Shown: piece by piece, positions 12,766 through 25,516 of the stretch
Layout of the letters: every line of letters starts with the position of its first letter
How positions within the stretch are numbered: position 1 is the stretch's first letter
Assembly (NCBI RefSeq): GCF_046119375.1
Contig: NW_027362764.1
Coordinates: 734,142,001 to 734,206,000 of the forward strand
DNA from: Phyllobates terribilis
Taxonomy: Eukaryota
Direction: 5' to 3'
DNA length: 64,000 nucleotides
Translations under genes and position numbers: made by a program
The notes under the pieces: model-generated
What the model was told of the DNA's origin: nothing
Databases searched by the model: none
What the model saw: the letters and a program-made list of their open reading frames with translations, nothing else

Positions 12766-14879
12766 TTAAGAAGTGCATGACTTCTACTGCAGGAAATTTG
12801 CTGGCTCCAGCTAGTTTAATTTGCATAAATAGGCAAAAATCCGTACCACCATATTACACAACTTAGAAGGCTCACATGATCTCGGGCGTGAACATACAGA
12901 CTTCCCAATAATGTGTTGCAGCTATCACATATTATCACACTATCTATCATAGCCAGTATAAAAGCCAAGGAAAGGAATGCAGCGCAGCAACCATTTTGGT
13001 GTGATTTGGATTCTGGATAGCAAGATGTTACAGCTTACAACTTAGCAATAGAAATAGGGAAAAAAAAGCAAAAAAATGCTGAATATAATATGCAGATAGT
13101 GTGTGAGACCAACTAGAAGCGAGGAAAGGTTACCAGTGAAGATAAGTGAACCTAAACTGGAAAGTCCTCCTGGAAGTTAACTTTACAGTTCGAGGAGAAA
13201 AAGCGAGAGAGGGATTTTAGCGCCAAAGTGCGGGTCCCCATTGGTTTCTATGGGGTTTAGGTTCAAATTCGGGTACAGTTTTGGTGCCCAAACCGAACTT
13301 TGGATTTAAGTTCGATCGAACCTGAACTACCACGGGTTCGCTCATCCCTAGTTACCATTCATTTATCCAGAGCCATACATGTGCAAGCTACTTTGACATT
13401 ACTAAGGTTGTGTTTGCATTAAAGAACTTGAAAGGGGTTGAATAATGTCCTAGAGGACCTCAAGGTGTTACATATGTCTTTTCAGGGCATTTGGAGCACC
13501 TGTGACTCTCTATGAATTTATTAGCCGAGAATCAAATTTTTGAGAAAAATTTGCCAACGCTGGTAAATTCAAATTTGGAGTAGTTCGATCATTTCTAATC
13601 GGGGCTAATGTGTTAGAAATACAACTTCAATTCTGAATAAGACGCAAGAGATTTCTCCTAAATCTGACAATAATTGAAGTAAATTAATTCCTCACCTTAT
13701 TATAGGCAATGTAGAGGAGTTTACTGAACCAGGCTGGCACATCAGTTCAATGGCAGCCTCTGGGTGGAAGCCAAAGCAATTTACAATTAATTACAAAAAC
13801 GATGTTCAAGCATTAGTGCCACTTAAAAATTTAAATTGGAGTTGCAGTAGAGTTAAAGAAGTCACCACTGTAACATCCATTGAGAACATGTGTTGTATCA
13901 TTTTAAGATATGCTCAACGGCTTTCAACATCTTGGCACCAAGACAAAGTTCACAACAGCAAATCGGCAATAAATATGCTACTTTCCCCCAAAATACTCAC
14001 AACTGTGGAAACAATGTCACACTACAATTTAGCCTGGGATGCAAATTAGTCCTGGCAAATTTAGAACAGCTGCCATATTAAATCAGGTTCATAAATTATT
14101 TCCTTTGACAAAAATGGACATTCGAAATATTATCGAGCCTCGCACACATGTAAGGTATTTATTTATGGGGGCTGTAAGTATTCTGTACAGGTCAATGAGT
14201 CAAAATGGATGAAATGGTACTTTGCACACATAACCGAGTTACAACAGTCAACCAAGAGTCATCTTCTTGACAACTCTATCTTAAAGGGTTTGTCGGGATG
14301 AGAAAACTGGTTTTCTATTACTTTATTAGGTAAAACATGGAGAGCGGGGTTTCCTTCAGGATTCAGTATCTCCTACATAATCTATAAGAGAGAGCAGCTA
14401 TTAAAAGCAGATTTGGCTCTTGAGGAACCAGCTCGTCATTGCATTACAGAGACTTCCCATTTATTTCAATTGGAATGGTGTAATACTTGCATTCTCCTGC
14501 GGGTGTGCTGTAGGGAAACAAACTCTTGCTGCTGGGTCCCAGCTGATCATTGTAGGCTGTAGATGAGATCAGCCCAACATTAAGGGACCCTTGATTGTTT
14601 GGTGGTTATTGGTAAAAATTGCAGGTCAAAGCGCTATTATTCTGTTTTTTTGTTAAATGTATGTTTTAAAGATTTTTGTTAAAATTTATATATTTTTTCA
14701 TATCACAATCTGCATAAAAAAATAGAAATCTTACATTTTATACACATGGGCTGGAGCTATTTAGATTCACACTTTCTGTTCTGTACAAAAGACTTTCAGA
14801 AGTCTCATTATTATCACAGGCAGCATTACAATAACACAGCTGATAATAACACAGAAACCAAAACTCACAATAGAAGTAA

Positions 14880-15400
14880 CAGATCACCTCCTCCTCCTGT
14901 CCAATGACCGATAACACCTCTATATACAGTAGATAACACAGGATCCACCATTCACACTAGGGGATGTCACAGCTCACCTCCTCCTCCTCTAGTACAATGA
15001 CTGATAACACCTCTATATGCAGTAGATAACACAGGATCCACCATTCACAATAGGTGATGTCACAGCTCACCTCCTCCTCCTGTACAATGACTGATAACAC
15101 CTCTATAAGCAGTAGATAACACAGGATCCACCATTCACAATAGGGTATGTCACAGCTCACCTCCTCCCCCTGTACAATGACTGATAACACCTCTATATGC
15201 AGTAGATAACACAGGATCCACCATTCACAAAATGTTATGTACAGGAGGAGGAGGTGAGCTGTGACAATGACTGATAACACCTCTATATATAGTAGAAATC
15301 ACAGGATCCACCCCTCACAATGTCACAACTCACCTCCTCCTGTACAAAGACTGATAACACATCTTTATAAAGTAGATAACAAGGATCCACCATTCACAAT
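14880..15400. repeat. ~90-bp tandem repeat (6 copies) inside a MITE-derived region
   Basis: GGATCCACCATTCACA recurs at about 14941, 15034, 15124, 15214, 15304 and 15383. Confidence 0.9.
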
Positions 15401-15417
15401 GTGATGAATCATGTCAG

Positions 15418-17870
15418 CAGGGGTGGATTAAGAGTAGCCAGGGCCCCGGGCAGTTTAGAAGGCATGCCCCCACCCCCCCGGTACCTGATGTATCACGTGA
15501 CATGTCACATGATCCCCCTTTGATAAATCATGTGATAGTTCATGTGAGTAACGTACAGCTGCTCTAGTGCAGATCTGTAAACGGAAAGACAAATAGCGGC
15601 ACGCTGAGCCCTATATAGCTTCCTATATACAGTATGAGTACCACGTAGCCTCCCATATACAGTAGGAGCTCCACGCAGCCATATATATACACAGCATGAT
15701 GCCGCACGTAGCTCCCCATGTACACCATGAGGATGCACAGTGCTCCCCAGATAAAGCATGAGGAAGCACGTAGCTCCCCAGATACAGCATGAGTCCGCAC
15801 GTAGCTCCCCAGATACAGCATGAGGCCGCACGGCACTCCCCAGATACAGCATGAGGCCCCACGGCGCTCCCCAGATACAGCATGAGGCCGCACGTAGCTC
15901 CCCAGATACAGCATGAGGCCGCACGGCACTCCCCAGATACAGCATGAGGCCCCACGGCGCTCCCCAGATACAGCATGAGGCCGCACGTAGCTCCCCAGAT
16001 ACAGCATGAGTCCGCACGTAGCTCCCCAGATACAGCATGAGTCCGCAGGGCGCTCCCCAGGTACAGCATGAGGCCGCACGGCGCTCCCCAGGTACAGCAT
16101 GAGGCCGCACGGCGCTCCCCAGGTACAGCATGAGGCCGCACGGCGCTCCCCAGGTACAGCATGAGGCCGCACGGCGCTCCCCAGATACAGCATGAGGCCG
16201 CACGTAGATCCCCATGTATAGCATGAGGCCGCACGTAGCTCCCAAGATACAGCATGAGGCCGCACGTAGCTCCCAAGATACAGCATGAGGCCGCAAAGCG
16301 CTCCCCAGAAACAGCATGAGGCCGCACGGCGCTCCCCAGATACAGCATGAGGCCCCACGGCGCTCCCCAGATACAGCATGAGGCCCCACGGCGCTCCCCA
16401 GATACAGCATGAGGCCGCACGGCGCTCCCCATATACAGCATGAGGCCCCACGGCGCTCCCCAGATACAGCATGAGACCCCACGGCGCTCCCCAGATACAG
16501 CATGAGGCCCCACGGCGCTCCCCAGATACAGCATGAGGCCGCACAGCGCTCCCCAGATACAGCATGAGGCCGCACAGCGCTCCCCAGATACAGCATGAGG
16601 CCGCACAGCGCTCCCCAGATACAGCATGAGGCCGCACGGTGCTCCCCAGATACAGCATGAGGCCGCACGGCACTCCACATGTACAGCATGAGGCCGCACG
16701 GCGCTCCCCAGATACAGCATGAGGCGGCACGTAGATCCCCATGTATAGCATGAGGCTGCACGTAGCTCCCCAGATACAGCATGAGGCCGCAAAGCGCTCC
16801 CCAGAAACAGCATGAGGCCGCACGGCACTCCCCATGTACAGCATGAGGCCGCACGTAGATCCCCATGTATAGCATGAGGCCGCACGTAGCTCCCCAGATA
16901 CAGCATGAGGCCGCACAGCGCTCCCCAGATACAGCATGAGGCCGTACGGCGCTCCCCAGATACAGCATGAGGCTGCACGGCGCTCCCCAGATACAGCATG
17001 AGGCCGCACGGCACTCCCCATGTACAGCATGAGGCCGCACGGCGCTCCCCAGATACAGCATGAGGCCGCACGTAGATCCCCATGTATAGCATGAGGCCGC
17101 ACGTAGCTCCCCAGATACAGCATGAGGCCGCACGGCACACCCTATGTACAGCATAAGGCAGCACTGTGCTCCCTATATACAGTATGAGGCAGCACGTAGC
17201 TCCCTATATACAGTATGACACTGCATACAGTCACAAACACACGCAGTCATGCACACACACAGTCATGAACATGCAGTCACGCACATGCAGTAATGTATAC
17301 ACATGCAGACTTGCACGTATACGGGTCACAGAAATGTGCACACACACACAAACATATACAAAGGCACATATAGGCACAAACACATTTGAAAAACGAAAAT
17401 ACATATAAACAGACATATCACACATACATAGATAACACAATGATATCTTAACACACAGACACACTGTGTCACACACACATGCGCACGCACGCGTACGACA
17501 CTCACTATCCCCCTGCACGGCTCCCGTCATCCAGCTCCTCTGCGGTAGTAAGTAGCAGTGCAGGGCACACTGCGTGACGTTACGTTAGCAGACATGGCCA
17601 CGCACAGGGCCGTGTCTCCAGCTGTGACATGGCCGGGCCAGCACACAAGCAAAATTACAGGTGCAGTGCAAGCCCAGCCGAAGAAGAAGCAGGGGCCCTG
17701 CGCAGCTGCTGGGGGAGCGGCCCGGGGACCCTCCGGCTCAGCCCGCCCCTTCCTGCCGGAATATGTGTGCCGCATTAGCGCCGCACACATTATAATGAGG
17801 GCAATCTGGCCATGGGCCCCCCGGAGCCTCGGGCGGTAGCCCAGATTGCCCTCATTATAATCCGCCTATG
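15418..17870. mobile_element. Non-autonomous hAT-like element (2.45 kb) carrying a minisatellite
   Basis: Imperfect TIR CAGGGGTGGATTAA / ATAATCCGCCTATG. 8-bp TSD CATGTCAG (15410-15417) / CATGCCAG (17871-17878). No transposase. Confidence 0.75.
15628..17215. repeat. 31-bp GC-rich minisatellite, about 50 copies
   Basis: Unit TACAGCATGAGGCCGCACGGCGCTCCCCAGA with variant units. It produces 31-aa periodic ORFs in all three minus frames. Confidence 0.97.
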
Positions 17871-19520
17871 CATGCCAGTGTCCCAGCCCCTGATGACGCC
17901 GCACGGTGGAACATGTTGGGGGGACATGTGCTATAATACAATTTGTCCTATTCTGCTATATAAGTGGTGGCACCCCGGGGGTGTCGTCAACTGAACTAAT
18001 AGACCATAAAATCAACAAGTCATATGCAGATTAGGGACAATATTTTAATAATCCCCAAAATTCATTTTAAATACAATTAATAATAAAAGGTTTTATGACT
18101 TGCTAGAGAGGGATTTAAATATGGGGTTCTCCCCTTTTTGTTAATTTTGAAATATATATACATATATATATATATATTTTTTTTTTTTTCTCATATAAAT
18201 CGTGATATGAAAGATTAAAAAAAACATTACCAGCTAGTTGATATGTATTTTTTAGAAACCAGTTTTCCCATTAGGTATAAAGACCCCTTCACGTTAAGAA
18301 GAATCTGAATGCATCCCCCCGACCACAACGCCATATTTTTCTATTGTACTATCGGGGATAATGTAGAATATCTATTACACTGATACACTTCAGTATCGCC
18401 CGCCACTCTGACGCCTACTGTCATCTTTTCATGGATCAAGAGCGATGTGGATATATCCTGAGGATCCCGAGCAAGGTCAATATGTTTACTGAAGCGGACA
18501 TCAATTTACAGAAATTTCCATGCAAGGTAACCTTTGCCAATGGCGGTAAAGACTGCTGACTGGGAGATTCCTGTATCTGTTCAGCCATAATTACATGTAT
18601 GTAATAATATGTACAAGTGCAGAGAAGCTTCACCCATCTCCCCTGAAAGCCTTGAAAGATGGCCTACTGAAGAAATTACATGACACGGTATGGACTTCCG
18701 AAATGCAGTGACAGCAATGCTGCTCAAATACCTTCGAATAGAAGGGATTGTATGAAAAGGTTTCCTCTGTAGATGGCTATCTGCAAGTCATTTCCCCAAA
18801 TCCATAGCTGCAGTGGAAACAATGTATGCAATGTGATTATGTGCTCAGACAGCTTTGTGGTGAGCGGAGGCATTAATGTGCTCTTATTGTACAGTGTTCT
18901 GGAGTCAAGGATTTATAGGGCTTTTCATCATAACGGGGAGAGAAAATATGTATCGAGTTCCTGGAGTGAGAGGGTGGCTGGAGCTCCTTTCCTTGTTCAG
19001 AAGAATGGTTGGCACTTTCCTGAACATCTGCTGGTTCAGCTCTTCGCATGTTAAGACTCCATCATGAATGAACAAAGATCTTTTTTTGCATCTTTTTACA
19101 GATTATTTTCATTATGCCCTTCTATTTTAAGAACTGACTATTTTTCTTAAGACACTAATATGATCAGAACCAACTAATTTAGATGGTAGTCTTAACTGTA
19201 AAGGATATCCGCTTCATCAGTAGGTAGGGTTCCTGATCTATCCATGCCTTCTGCTTTTACACTACAGCTCAGATTGGCATCTGTACACAAGCTCCCCAGG
19301 ACGTGAGTGCACATGGCAAAAGGTACCGTTAAAAGCAACCGGCCATGTGAAAAAAAGGTATTAACTTTCAGATATGGGGTTAATCATGCTGCACTGAAAG
19401 CAGGAATGCTGGGAGAAATATTCCTCACGGCAACCGCCGGCTTTCAGTCATAGAGGCATGGCTGATGCAGTTTCAGTCACCATTCAATACATAGTGAGCG
19501 TCAGCTGTAACCACTCCCTG

Positions 19521-19828
19521 GCGCCACCGCTACAGAGCCGGCTCAGCAGCGCCACCGCTACAGAGCCGGCTCAGCAGCGCCACCGCTACAGAGCCGGCCC
19601 AGCAGCGCCACCGCTACAGAGCCGGCTCAGCAGCGCCACCGCTACAGAGCCTGCCCAGCAGCGCCACCGCTACAGAGCCGGCCCAGCAGCGCCACCGCTA
19701 CAGAGCCGGCCCAGCAGCGCCACCGCTACAGTGCCGGCCCAGCAGCGCCACCGCTACAGAGCCGGCTCAGCAGCGCCACCGCTACAGAGCCGGCTCAGCA
19801 GCGCCACCGCTACAGAGCCGGCTCAGCA
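19521..19828. repeat. 28-bp minisatellite x 11
   Basis: Unit GCGCCACCGCTACAGAGCCGGCTCAGCA, within a MITE-derived segment. Confidence 0.95.
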
Positions 19829-21751
19829 GTGACTATTGAACCTCCCACATCATGACTCATTACTGCACGCTATGAGGACACTCTGGTGCCAGGAGTGGAC
19901 AGTCATGTGACCGCAAGTATGTGATTTGCACACTCCTGGCCACATTCCAACTAGACGTGCATTGAGCAAGGCCGTACACGTCTAGTCAGCACGCAACCGC
20001 ATGTGTGCAAATCGCCTGCAGCTCCCAGCGCTGGAGAATCTTCACAGCGATAAGTGCGCGGGATGTGAGAATTCACAAGTCTGCAGTCACATACATTGAC
20101 TGCAGACCTGTACCCTAAGACCAGACAAGCCCTTTAAGTAAATAAAAATGCAAGTGAAGTGTCCTTATCCTTTAAGGTACATCTCTGCTTGACTGCTCTA
20201 ATAGAAATGTTGTTTAAAGGGAATGTGTCATCAGAAACTGACTTACAGTTTAAATCAAGTTTCTAAGTCTAATATTTTTTTGAAAATTGTTTGTTCATTG
20301 TATTTATTTTTTAATATCACAATCTGTATTAAAAATATATAGATATAGAAATCTTTACAATCGCCATTGGGGCTATTTAGACTATGTTTTTTACAAAAAA
20401 AAAATTCAGAGGTTTCATTATCATCACAGGCAGATCTGCAATGAGACAATTGTTAGCATAGAAACCACACCATTCAGAATAGGCGTTGTCACAGCTCACC
20501 TCCTCCCTTCAGAGTGACTTTTGCACATGCTCATTAGATTCTTCAATACAATGAAATAGTATGGACTTGAAATCAACAATTTTTCAAATAAATATTTAAG
20601 TAAATATAATGTATGGAACTTCTGCTGTTTGTTTTTGAATTTATGTTTATTTCTACTACTTTTTTATATTTTTTAAATAAAGCTTTTTTTTTTCTTTTTA
20701 GAATATATATATTTTTTAAATTGTTACAAAGGTGTTAACATAATTCACTATTATTTCCTCTTAAAGCTTCTGGAAAGAATAAAAGACCGTCACTTTGGAT
20801 ATAACCCGAGCTATATCATATTTGATACGATTGTCAGCGTTAAATCCGTTCCGCTCTCATACAGAGCACGGTAAAATGATAGCCCACTCAGAACGCTATC
20901 CCGAGAAAATCTCAACTTGTGCAAAGAACACACTTCTCAACTTAGAGAGCTCAAGATTGAAACTCGGTCTATTTTCCACTTAGATGGGTCTTATAATAAC
21001 TGTTGCCCTGACAACTCAATGCGAGTCAGCCACTGCCATGACAATATGACAAATTTGCACAAACAGTAAATGGTATTTTTACTTTATTTATCGATTGCTG
21101 CTAAGGAAACGAGCTGTTATTTATCTCTGAAGTAACACATTATACCCCGCGATCATTGCCATGTCAGGACAAATTAGAGTCGGAGCAGCGATTGTAGCCG
21201 CAATTGTAAATATTTAGGAAATTTGTGGGAATCTGGGAATAAATCAACAAAGGCTTTTCTCCTTTTCCATTTACTTTCGGTGACATTTCCTTCCCATGGA
21301 AATGGTGAAATAAACTCTTTCAATTTCCTGTAAATTGAAATCGGTAGCATTTCTCTGGGTTACCGTTGAACTGTTCCTACTGACTTCTTGCTTGAGTGAC
21401 GGGGTGAGCGCTCGACACGCCAGACGCTGATATTGGAGAAAATGAACCAGAGTCTTGGGTGCTACTCGGTGTCACAGCTTTGAGATGTAGCTAGAGATTG
21501 CTGGATAATACTGCAGCTGTAATTTATGTAGTGGATTACCAGAAAAATGACCCTTCCTGTTCCCAATTTCAAAAGGGTTGCCAAGGGTTAAAAAAAAAAA
21601 AAAAAAGCAAACACATCAAGAAATGATATAAATGGTATACAATAAAAAAGAACAAACAAATACTCCACTAAAAAATCTACCAGCAGGGTTCGTCCCAGTC
21701 TTTGTTTACTGAGCTGGGGTGATCATGTGTTATACATCCAATAACAATGCA

Positions 21752-22266
21752 TCATAACCACTAAGGTCAATGATTAGCTGCAGCGGTCAACTGCATGTGC
21801 AGCAAGTAAAATCAAGAAGAATGGACGAAGATTGGAAATTTAAAGAGGGAGTATCATTTATTTTTCATCTCATACTATTTCCTGCTAGAAAGTTTTTTTT
21901 TTGTAGTTTAGTTCTTTTTCTTTCTCCGTCATAACCACTAAGATCGATGATTAGCTGCAGCAGTCAACTGGACGTGCAGCAAGTAAGTCAAGAAAAACGG
22001 ACGAAGATGGGAAATTTAAAGGAGAGTATAAATTCTTTTCATCTTATACTATTTCCTTCTGGAAAGGTTTTAAAGTTTAGTTCTTTTTCTTTCTCCGTCA
22101 TAACCACGAAGGTCAATGATTAGCTGCAGCGGTCAACTGGACGTGCAGCAAGTAAAATCAAGAAGAATGGACGAAGATGGTAAATTTAAAGGGCGAGTAT
22201 AATTTATTTTTCATCTTATACTATTCCCTGCTGGAAGTTTTTTTTTTCTAGTTTAGTTCTTTTTTA
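21752..22266. repeat. ~170-177-bp tandem triplication
   Basis: TCATAACCACTAAGGTCAATGATTAGCTGCAGC... starts at 21752, 21929 and 22098. Confidence 0.9.
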
Positions 22267-22843
22267 TGCTATGCAATGCCTTTTATTTATGGAACTGAGA
22301 AATATATATATAAAAAATAATCAAGTACTAACTTGAATGTATGCTGTTGACGATTTTACATGTTATATATCAAACATAATCTACATATAAAGTTGAGTAC
22401 CTTTGTATACACATTACGTCTAATTTTGTACTAATTCTCACAGTTTTGCCGGTTGTTACTGGAACTCGTCAACCTCTTGTTGTCAGAAAGTAAGAAAAAC
22501 ACAAGAGGCAGCGGGCACAAGAAGAATATAACTGGGGCGCTACTAATACTATGCAAAAAAACAACTGTATAAAGCAAAGAGAAAAAATGCATAGTGCACA
22601 CTAACTAATATATATATATATATATTTATATATATATGAAGTTACTGAAACAGAAAAAAAACACTGACAGATACTTATAAATATTTAAAGGGTACAAGAA
22701 AGTACACGCAATAAATAGAGGTATAGTTAAAATAATCCAAAAGGATAAACCACTTGTTGTCAGGCACACCCCTAAAAGCTTCAATGGGATTTTATTCATA
22801 AGGTCGGTCTCGCACGTAGAACATTCACGGTCAAAGTACGTAC

Positions 22844-22956
22844 CGCGATGTCTGGATCGGCCATGGTTCTCCTGACCCAAACTCAACAGCCTCATATACG
22901 CCTTTGAGGTTTTTGACTTCTGGTCAGGAGACCCATGCCCGGTCCAGACATGGCGA
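22844..22956. other. ~110-nt imperfect hairpin
   Basis: ATGTCTGGATCGGCCATGGTTCTCCTGACC...CCTCA pairs with TGAGG...GGTCAGGAGACCCATGCCCGGTCCAGACAT (39/47 identical to the reverse complement), with a 10-nt loop. Confidence 0.75.
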
Positions 22957-24506
22957 GCCATCCTTGGATCGTGAATGTGGTAGAAGTGAAAACAACATAA
23001 TGCCGGAGATCGTTAGAATACTCTACATTGTCTATGGAGATATCAAGCTAGATGAGAATGATTGGTGATTTCAGATCTGAAGGCTGAAACTGTGAATGCA
23101 GCCCTGGAATTTACTATTGGCATTTAGTCAGTCGAAATTTTTGATCACTGTACACATATTATATTATTCATGTATTTCTTGCCCAAAATAGGAATGAATC
23201 CCAACATGTGTATTCTGCATGTGATTAATGTTGTGGGAATAAAATAACAAAAAGTAAAAATGAACACCAAAGTAATATAATAAAACACCTTTGATATATT
23301 GCAGTGCAATATAACTATGATTCAGGATGGAAGGATTGCAGAAAGAGGCTCGGCTGTAGAGATGTAAGCTTCATTGATTCTCCTATACTTTAAAGGGCTC
23401 CTAGGGGGTGGGGCTTCACATAATTGGCCAATCATTTTGTTTTCTTTTTAAACTGTGAAAACTGTTTAGTACAAAATGTGGAACAATAAGTATTTTAAGT
23501 TACAGTATTGTACATATCATTGTGGGACAACAATGGGGGGTGAAGGATTATAGAAAAGGAAAGCAGGGTCCTTTGAGGCTTTAATATAGCACACAAATTT
23601 TTTTTAATAGTTTTCTATTAAGAAATGATAGAAATGTACATGTTAACTGTGTGTGTTGTATTGAGTGTGCAAATGTTAAAATGCCTTTTTTACTCTTTAA
23701 ACTTTTCCATATGAAAAATATTAATAGTAGCCACTGTAGCGAGTGACATTACTAAATATGGCTTAAAGCAAAATAATTTCCCATTCACTACACAATACCT
23801 CGGTGCACCTGCACACGCCACGGCACCTGCTTATTCTCAAGAGCAAAATAAATGGCAAATCAGTTTGCTGAATACCAAATACATTCTTCCAGGCTTTGAA
23901 GAAAGATTGTATTTCTTTTTGCATTTACTGTAGCTTATATATACATAAGTGGAGATTATTTTGCTCACCTAAAACATAGCATTCTAAACCGTCCCATAGT
24001 TTAATAATCTGACCATCGACTACAATCATTAATAATAATCACTAATCCAACTGAGGCTAAATTTCATCAGACAGGACAGACAACAGTCATTTCAAGACCT
24101 GATAAGGGACAAAAAAAATATCTGCTGCATAGAGAATCATTTCCATGCCCATAAATTTCGGTTTACAAGGGTAAGACCAAGCGCCACAGTTTTGGCATGG
24201 TCAATGCGGGTCAAAAAAATGTGTGAGGTTGATTGAATGTTTTAAGTTTTCTTTTCTTTGCAAAAAAAAAAAGATTTAAAAAGAGACATAATTCAGTGAT
24301 ACATGTCTTAGAGGTTCAATGTAATGCTTGAGCACAGAGACAAGAATGGTGGAGACATGAAAACAATAAAAGTGTCCTATTTTTGAAATAAATATTTAGT
24401 AGTGGCAAGATACTACATAAGATAAACCCAGGAAAATCATGAAAAAATAAATAAAATAAAAATAAAAAACCACCAGTGACCATTAGGTGACGATACAGTT
24501 GTTTAA

Positions 24507-25005
24507 AGGGAACCTGTCACCTTGCAAAACACTATTTACTTGCAGATATAGGGTTCATTTTCAGGTCAATAGCATTATAATGCTGCCTGGTTGCATTACT
24601 GAAAGTGCGGCTATCGGAAGAAAATTAACTTATTTCCGCTGGCTTTCAGTCATGGGGGTGTGAATGGAAAGGCCGCAGTCTCCACGCACAGTAACACCAT
24701 CTATGCTGTGAGCGGTGGGTATAAACAAGCGCCTGAACTTTGCTGTAGAGCCAACTGTCAAAGTGTCAGGGCTTTCTTATGTCCGTGGCTCACAGTATAG
24801 TTAGGGGTGCTGTAAGCAGTGATTGTAGCCACTCTGTGCACGCCCCCATGACTGAAAGCCGGCGGCTCCAGGGAGGAAATAAGTTAATTTTCTCCTGGTT
24901 TATGGGCTTTCAGCGAGATGGCAGGGCAGTTTTGTTACACTATTTACTTGCATACTAACCCTAAATCTGCATGTAAATAGCTTTTTCCGAAGTGACAGGT
25001 TCCCT
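24507..25005. mobile_element. T2/Kolobok-type MITE
   Basis: TTAA flanks. TIR AGGGAACCTGTCAC / GTGACAGGTTCCCT. Confidence 0.85.
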
Positions 25006-25129
25006 TTAAAGTTCAGTTGTAATAATCTGTATATTACACTGCGCAGGAACCAATTATACTAACCTGGCTACATTATATAAATGGAATAAATAACAAACCC
25101 GCTAAAGGGATATCTAAAATTGAGCTTAA

Positions 25130-25516
25130 AGGGAATCTGTCTGAGGTTTTTGCTACCTCATCTGAGAGCAGCCTGATGTAGGCAAAGAGACCCTGAATCC
25201 AACGATGTATCACTTAGATTACTGGGTGCAGCAGTTATTACACAATCAGAGCTTTCAGATTTAGCATGAAGCAGAGCTAAGAAAGCTTACCCCGCCCACA
25301 CCAGGCTCTGAATGTACATCGTCTATAGACAGTGAGCTGCTTATCACAGGAGGGGGCGTTGCCAGACTAGTTCAGCAATGTTAATTTCTTAGCGATAAAT
25401 CCTTCATAGTCGGTAAACAACAGCACGTTGTTTGACACATCCCTGAATTCTGTGTTTCAGCCTCTATCCCATGATGTCTTCAGATTACATAGTAAAAACT
25501 TGCCGACAGATTCCCT
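25130..25516. mobile_element. T2/Kolobok-type MITE
   Basis: TTAA flanks. TIR AGGGAATCTGTC / GACAGATTCCCT. Confidence 0.85.

Noticed and set aside
15505-17164. Three overlapping 513-549-aa ORFs on the minus strand
   Set aside because: All follow from a 31-bp unit that lacks stop codons on the minus strand. The same 31-aa periodic peptide appears in all three frames, so there is no evidence of coding selection.
15628-17215. CRISPR-like regular repeat array
   Set aside because: Units are contiguous with no unique spacers and no cas genes, in a eukaryotic context. It is a minisatellite.
22626-22961. 111-aa ORF with a hydrophobic C-terminus resembling a membrane protein
   Set aside because: The hydrophobic part derives from T-rich low-complexity sequence, there are no splice signals or recognisable family motif, and the N-terminal part overlaps the hairpin.
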